This document shows, one piece after another, positions 59,923 to 64,000 of a stretch of 64,000 nt of DNA. The stretch is from Candidatus Poriferihabitaceae bacterium (GTDB lineage: Bacteria > Pseudomonadota > Gammaproteobacteria > Arenicellales > Poriferihabitantaceae): the NCBI GenBank assembly GCA_965243285.1, contig OZ251537.1, forward strand, positions 2,633,019-2,697,018, given 5' to 3'. The notes beneath the pieces were generated by a model. It saw only the letters and a program-made list of their open reading frames with translations, was not told the DNA's origin and searched no databases. A program made the translations under genes and the position numbers. The stretch's first letter is position 1; each line of letters begins with the position of its first letter.

Positions 59923-60600
59923 TCATCTTTCCATCACTAGGTCGTGGATTTCATGACCTAAACGCTGGCCACGGCGTTCAAATTTGGTAGGCGCGCGGGG
60001 CGGTGAATCGCCAGGCTCATCGAGGCGGCGAAAATGCCGGCAACTATCCAGCAAATCTCGGGTGTGGATGGCGTACGGCCGCCAGTCGGTGACGAAATAA
60101 AAGCGCCCGCCGGGCTGCAGTTTGGCGGCGATTAGATTTAAGAATGCGGCTTGGATGAGGCGGCGTTTGTGGTGTTTTTTCTTCGGCCAGGGGTCGGGAA
60201 AATAAAGGTGGATGGCTTCCAAGGATTGCTCGGGGATAGCGCGCGATAATACGCCGACACCGTCTTCGCAAAACACCCGAACATGGGTGAGTTGGCGGGC
60301 GTGCAGTTGCAGTAGCAAGCGCCCGACCCCCGGGCGGTGCACTTCGACACCGATAAAATTACGCTCGGGGTTTTTCTCCGCTAAATCCAGCAGCGCTTCG
60401 CCATCGCCAAAACCGATTTCCAGCTGCGTTGGCGCGGCGCGATGGAACCATGACGCAAGCGGCGAAGTGAGTGGCAAACTCAGTCCGTATTGCGGCCATA
60501 AATCCTGCAGCGCGCGGCGTTGCCCGGTGGTCAAGCGACCTTCTCGCCGTACATAACTGCGCAAGGGGCGAGCGGAGTTTTCAGCCAACGGTTTTTCCAC
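59923..60600 (-). CDS. trmB: tRNA (guanine-N7)-methyltransferase
   Basis: EIGFGDGEALLDLA SAM motif and FPDPWPKKKHHKRR, canonical TrmB. Confidence 0.9.
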   Translation of the reverse strand: MEKPLAENSARPLRSYVRREGRLTTGQRRALQDLWPQYGLSLPLTSPLASWFHRAAPTQLEIGFGDGEALLDLAEKNPERNFIGVEVHRPGVGRLLLQLHARQLTHVRVFCEDGVGVLSRAIPEQSLEAIHLYFPDPWPKKKHHKRRLIQAAFLNLIAAKLQPGGRFYFVTDWRPYAIHTRDLLDSCRHFRRLDEPGDSPPRAPTKFERRGQRLGHEIHDLVMER

Positions 60601-60605
60601 CGCCC

Positions 60606-61853
60606 TTAATACGCCGGTGTGAGGTTAGTTTTTCCGAGGTATGCGAGGCGCAGGATGAATACGATAAGCGCGATGCCGACCACCAGCACATTCATGCCGT
60701 GCCATGACATCGATGCCAGCATGGCGCCGGCGAACAACGCCCCGCCGGCGCTGATGAGCGCCACTAACATGTCGTTTATGCCTTGCGCCTTGAATTTCAG
60801 CGCTTCGGGTACGCTGCGCGTGGCCAGATAACTGCCGCCGGTGTATAAAAAATTCCACGCCAGCCCGAGCAGTATCAAAGCGATGAAAAAAGCGGGGGTG
60901 GATGAGCTCAGAATACTCACCAGCGAGGCCGCGATTTGGGTAAAAATACCGGCCGTCAACAAGCGCCGCACGCCGAGCCATTGAATCAATTTGTTAGTGA
61001 ACAGCGACGGCGCAAACATGAAAAAAACATGTAGTTGAATCACCCAGGAAATACTCGCGAAGGATATTCCTAAACTTTTCATCTGCAGCGACGAGGCTAT
61101 CATCAACATGCTCATCATGCCGTAGCCCAAAGCGCCGCACAGCACGGCGAACACATAAGCGCGATTTTTGAGGAGCGCGTTTAGCACTTGCCGACGGATT
61201 TTATCCGCGCTTGCATTTTTATGCGGCGCGGTTTTTTGCTTCGCAACCGGGCGCGCAATGCGTACCCCTAATACGATGAAAAACACCACCGCGCATAGGG
61301 CCGAGATAACCCCATAAACCGCTGCATACACGCCGTGCGCGAACCACATCAAATCCTCGGCGTTGCGCACCAAAAAAGGCCCCAGCAACGCTGCCACCAC
61401 GCCGCCGGATAACACCATAGACAGCGCCAGGGATTTGAATTTATCGGCCACCATATCCAGCGAGGCGAAGCGAAACATATTGACCGCGGTGGTGAACATG
61501 CCTAACAAATAATGCGCCACGCACAGCAACCATAAACTCTTTTCATACACGCCGACGGCGCCGACGACCCCGCTGCCGACGCCGCAGGCGATTAGCAACA
61601 GCAGCACCGGTTTGCGGCCGAATTTTTCCATTGCCAGCGAAGCCAGATAGGAGGTCAGCATCACCGCCACAAACTGCAGCCCATAGGGCAAGGTGGCTAA
61701 GCCGTGATCATCGGTGACATAAAACCCGGCCAGCGCGGCGATGGTAACCGATGCCACGGCCGCGGACATGCCGATGCCCAGCGCGCAAGACAATAAATAA
61801 ACGCCGCGCGGAATGCCCGCCATGGCCATGCGTCTCATCGCCATGAGCATCAT
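60606..61853 (-). CDS. MFS transporter
   Basis: 12-TM-type hydrophobic profile with an MFS loop motif (MEKFGRKPVLL). Confidence 0.8.
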   Translation of the reverse strand: MMLMAMRRMAMAGIPRGVYLLSCALGIGMSAAVASVTIAALAGFYVTDDHGLATLPYGLQFVAVMLTSYLASLAMEKFGRKPVLLLLIACGVGSGVVGAVGVYEKSLWLLCVAHYLLGMFTTAVNMFRFASLDMVADKFKSLALSMVLSGGVVAALLGPFLVRNAEDLMWFAHGVYAAVYGVISALCAVVFFIVLGVRIARPVAKQKTAPHKNASADKIRRQVLNALLKNRAYVFAVLCGALGYGMMSMLMIASSLQMKSLGISFASISWVIQLHVFFMFAPSLFTNKLIQWLGVRRLLTAGIFTQIAASLVSILSSSTPAFFIALILLGLAWNFLYTGGSYLATRSVPEALKFKAQGINDMLVALISAGGALFAGAMLASMSWHGMNVLVVGIALIVFILRLAYLGKTNLTPAY

Positions 61854-61916
61854 TAAATTCCCTGGTTGTAAATTTTATTAAGATGTGGCCGATTAATTAT
61901 CCATGCTGGCGATGAA

Positions 61917-62687
61917 TCACTGGCCGCGCGCTTGTTTTATTTGCTCCCACGCGCTTTGTATTTCATGGGTTTTTTCATTGGCGAGTTTCATCATCTCTTC
62001 CGGCAAGCCCTTGGACACCAGTTTGTCGGGGTGATGCTGGCTACGCAGGCGCCGATAAGCCTTGCGAATTTCCGCCAGCGGCGCGTCGGCTTGCACGCCG
62101 AGAATGCGGTACGCATCCGCCAATGAAACATCCCCGCCATCATCACCGCGCGCGGCGCCGCGAATAAGGTTTACCAGGCGCTCCAGCTCGGCCGCGGTGA
62201 GGCCGAGTATTTGCGCCAATTGTTGCAGGGCGCGGTTTTCTTCGACGACTATTTTGCCGTCCGCCAGCGCCGCTTGTATTTGAATCTCGACAAACATTTT
62301 GATGAGATCGCGGCGGCGATGGCATTCGCTGCGAAACTGCTCGACAATTTCAACAAACTGGAAATCATTTTGCTTGCCTTGATTGAACAACGCGCGGGCG
62401 AGTTTTTGCTGGCGCTGGTCGAGCCGAAAATGGCGCATCAGCTGCTCCGCCAGGCTGATCTCCTCGCGGGTCACATGCCCGTCGGCCTTGGCGATATAGC
62501 CCATCACCGCGAAGGTGGCGGTGAAAAATGCGGTTTGAATGCGCTCTTGGTCGCTGCCTTGGGGGCTGGATTTACCCGACAACGAGCGGTCGATAACATG
62601 CCCGAACGAAGCCCATAGCAAGGCCCCCAACGGCCCGCCTATCATGAAGCCGACGGCGCCGCCGACCACCTTGCCCCACCATGTCAT
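61917..62687 (-). CDS. djlA: co-chaperone DjlA
   Basis: N-terminal TM, TerB-like middle region, C-terminal J domain with HPD (DAYRILGV...LRSQHHPDKL). Confidence 0.85.
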   Translation of the reverse strand: MTWWGKVVGGAVGFMIGGPLGALLWASFGHVIDRSLSGKSSPQGSDQERIQTAFFTATFAVMGYIAKADGHVTREEISLAEQLMRHFRLDQRQQKLARALFNQGKQNDFQFVEIVEQFRSECHRRRDLIKMFVEIQIQAALADGKIVVEENRALQQLAQILGLTAAELERLVNLIRGAARGDDGGDVSLADAYRILGVQADAPLAEIRKAYRRLRSQHHPDKLVSKGLPEEMMKLANEKTHEIQSAWEQIKQARGQ

Positions 62688-62689
62688 GA

Positions 62690-62760
62690 TGATGTCATGC
62701 CGATGTTATGCCGATGTTATGCCGATGTTATGCCGATGTTATGCCGATGTTATGCCGATA
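62690..62760. repeat. 11-bp tandem repeat CGATGTTATGC, about 6.5 copies, abutting the djlA start codon
   Basis: Read directly. One degenerate copy is followed by five perfect copies and a partial one. Confidence 0.95.
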
Positions 62761-62828
62761 AAAATTGGAGCGCTGCCGAGGCGCGATTGCTTAATGGACA
62801 TGCTACTTAAAATGGACATGTACTTAAG

Positions 62829-62903
62829 TGGAGCGGGTGAACGGAATCGAACCGTCATCATGAGCATGGGAAGCTCAGGTAATAACCATTATACGACACC
62901 CGC
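62829..62903 (-). tRNA. tRNA-Gly (anticodon CCC)
   Basis: Reverse complement GCGGGTGTCGTATAATGG..., anticodon arm TGAGC-TTCCCAT-GCTCA, T-loop TTCGATT, encoded CCA. Confidence 0.9.
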
Positions 62904-62972
62904 TAAGGGCGCCGATTATACGCCAAACGCAGTTTTTTCGGCGCTGCCGCCGCGGCGGTTTCATCGGCGGCG

Positions 62973-64000
62973 CTATCTCTCGAAGCGCGCCATGGCTTCG
63001 ATTTGGGCGGTATGCGGGAACATATCGATAACGCCGGCATGGGTCATTTGATAGCCGCAGCGCGCGGTGAGTTCGGCCGCATCTCGCGCCAGCGTGGCCG
63101 GATTGCATGACACATAGACGATGAGGCGCGGTTTGATACGGGGAATCAACTGCGCCACCACTTCGGCGGCGCCGCTGCGCGGTGGGTCGAGTAATATCTT
63201 ATTGAAGCGGGTTTTATTGAAGCGGGTTTTATCGAATGGCGCATTATCGAACGGCGCTGCGGCGGCAATTTTTTCGAGTTGCGAAAAAATATCGCCGGCA
63301 TCGTTCGGCATTAAATTCATGGTGTGAAATCGCGCCCTAGGCAGATCGTTTTGCGCCGCGTTTTCGACCGCCCGCCGAATCAGCGCCGCATCGCCTTCGA
63401 GTCCCAACGCTTGTGCGCCGAGGCGCGCCATGGGCAGCGTGAAATTACCGAGCCCGCAAAATAAATCCAACACCGAATCGGCAGCGCATGGGTCTAACAA
63501 CGCCATGGCTTGCTCAACCATTAAGTTGTTCACCGCCGCATTCACCTGAATAAAATCGCTCGGCGCGAAACGCAAGGTCACATCGTAACGATGGATGCGG
63601 TAATGCAGCGGCTCGGGGGATGGCGGCCACAGCGGGTGCATCGAATCCAAGCCGCCGGGCTGCGCGAAAAATTGCACGCTTTGGCCGCGCGGTGCGGCCC
63701 TCGAGGCGTGTTGCGCGAACTCGATGAGCCGCGCCGAATCATCGGCGCTCAGCGGCTGCAAATGGCGCAACACCAGCGCCACTGCATTATCCGCCGCCGC
63801 CATCTCAAGCTGTGGAATGCTTTGGCGGCAAGCCAAATTATTCAGCAATTCATGCAGCCCCGGCAGTAATGCCGACAAGCGCGCATCCAGCGTGTGGCAA
63901 CGCTGCAGCGCGCTGATGCGGCTGCTGCGGCGCTGGCGAAAGCCCAGCAAAACGCCGCGGCCCTGCACATACCGCACCCCAGGGCGGGCTTTGCGGCGGT
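62973..64000 (-). CDS. rlmD: 23S rRNA (uracil-C5)-methyltransferase RlmD/RumA, C-terminal part (N-terminus beyond the window)
   Basis: LDLFCGLGNFTLP SAM motif, ILLDPPRSGA, YVSCNPATLARD and DMFPHTAQIE. The frame stays open to the window edge. Contains a 5-aa repeat insertion. Confidence 0.85.
   Translation of the reverse strand, partial: RRKARPGVRYVQGRGVLLGFRQRRSSRISALQRCHTLDARLSALLPGLHELLNNLACRQSIPQLEMAAADNAVALVLRHLQPLSADDSARLIEFAQHASRAAPRGQSVQFFAQPGGLDSMHPLWPPSPEPLHYRIHRYDVTLRFAPSDFIQVNAAVNNLMVEQAMALLDPCAADSVLDLFCGLGNFTLPMARLGAQALGLEGDAALIRRAVENAAQNDLPRARFHTMNLMPNDAGDIFSQLEKIAAAAPFDNAPFDKTRFNKTRFNKILLDPPRSGAAEVVAQLIPRIKPRLIVYVSCNPATLARDAAELTARCGYQMTHAGVIDMFPHTAQIEAMARFER

Overview
GC-rich chromosomal window, mostly core genes and mostly on the minus strand. 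The synteny is typical of Gammaproteobacteria: recA-recX-alaS-lysC-csrA-tRNASer-tRNAArg, smc-zipA-ligA and yggS-proC-yggT. Metabolic content includes adenylylsulfate reductase aprBA. It also includes a quaternary-amine and one-carbon gene set: a non-pyrrolysine MttB-family methyltransferase, a dimethylglycine/sarcosine-dehydrogenase-like FAD+GcvT enzyme, formate-THF ligase and a ProXVW-type betaine ABC transporter. A four-gene acyl-CoA module is also present. Accessory material is confined to short, visibly AT-rich patches. There are two small type II restriction-modification islands, at 4.6-6.0 kb and 44.4-46.1 kb. One compositionally foreign orphan gene sits inside the amine-catabolism cluster at 20.7-21.4 kb. 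A family of MITE-like non-coding elements has GGATTTATATA termini and 9-10 bp target-site duplications, at 8.8-9.4 kb and nested at 59.5-59.9 kb. Other signals are a 12-bp perfect palindrome ACATATATATGT recurring upstream of unrelated genes, and frequent short tandem repeats. Some of these repeats sit in promoters and some in coding regions, where they create low-complexity extensions in CsrA, RecA, RecX and RlmD. I did not recognise a clearly novel multi-gene system. All calls rest on reading the translated ORFs and the DNA by eye, and no database search was run. Many long ORFs in the track are antisense shadow ORFs typical of GC-rich DNA and are not reported.
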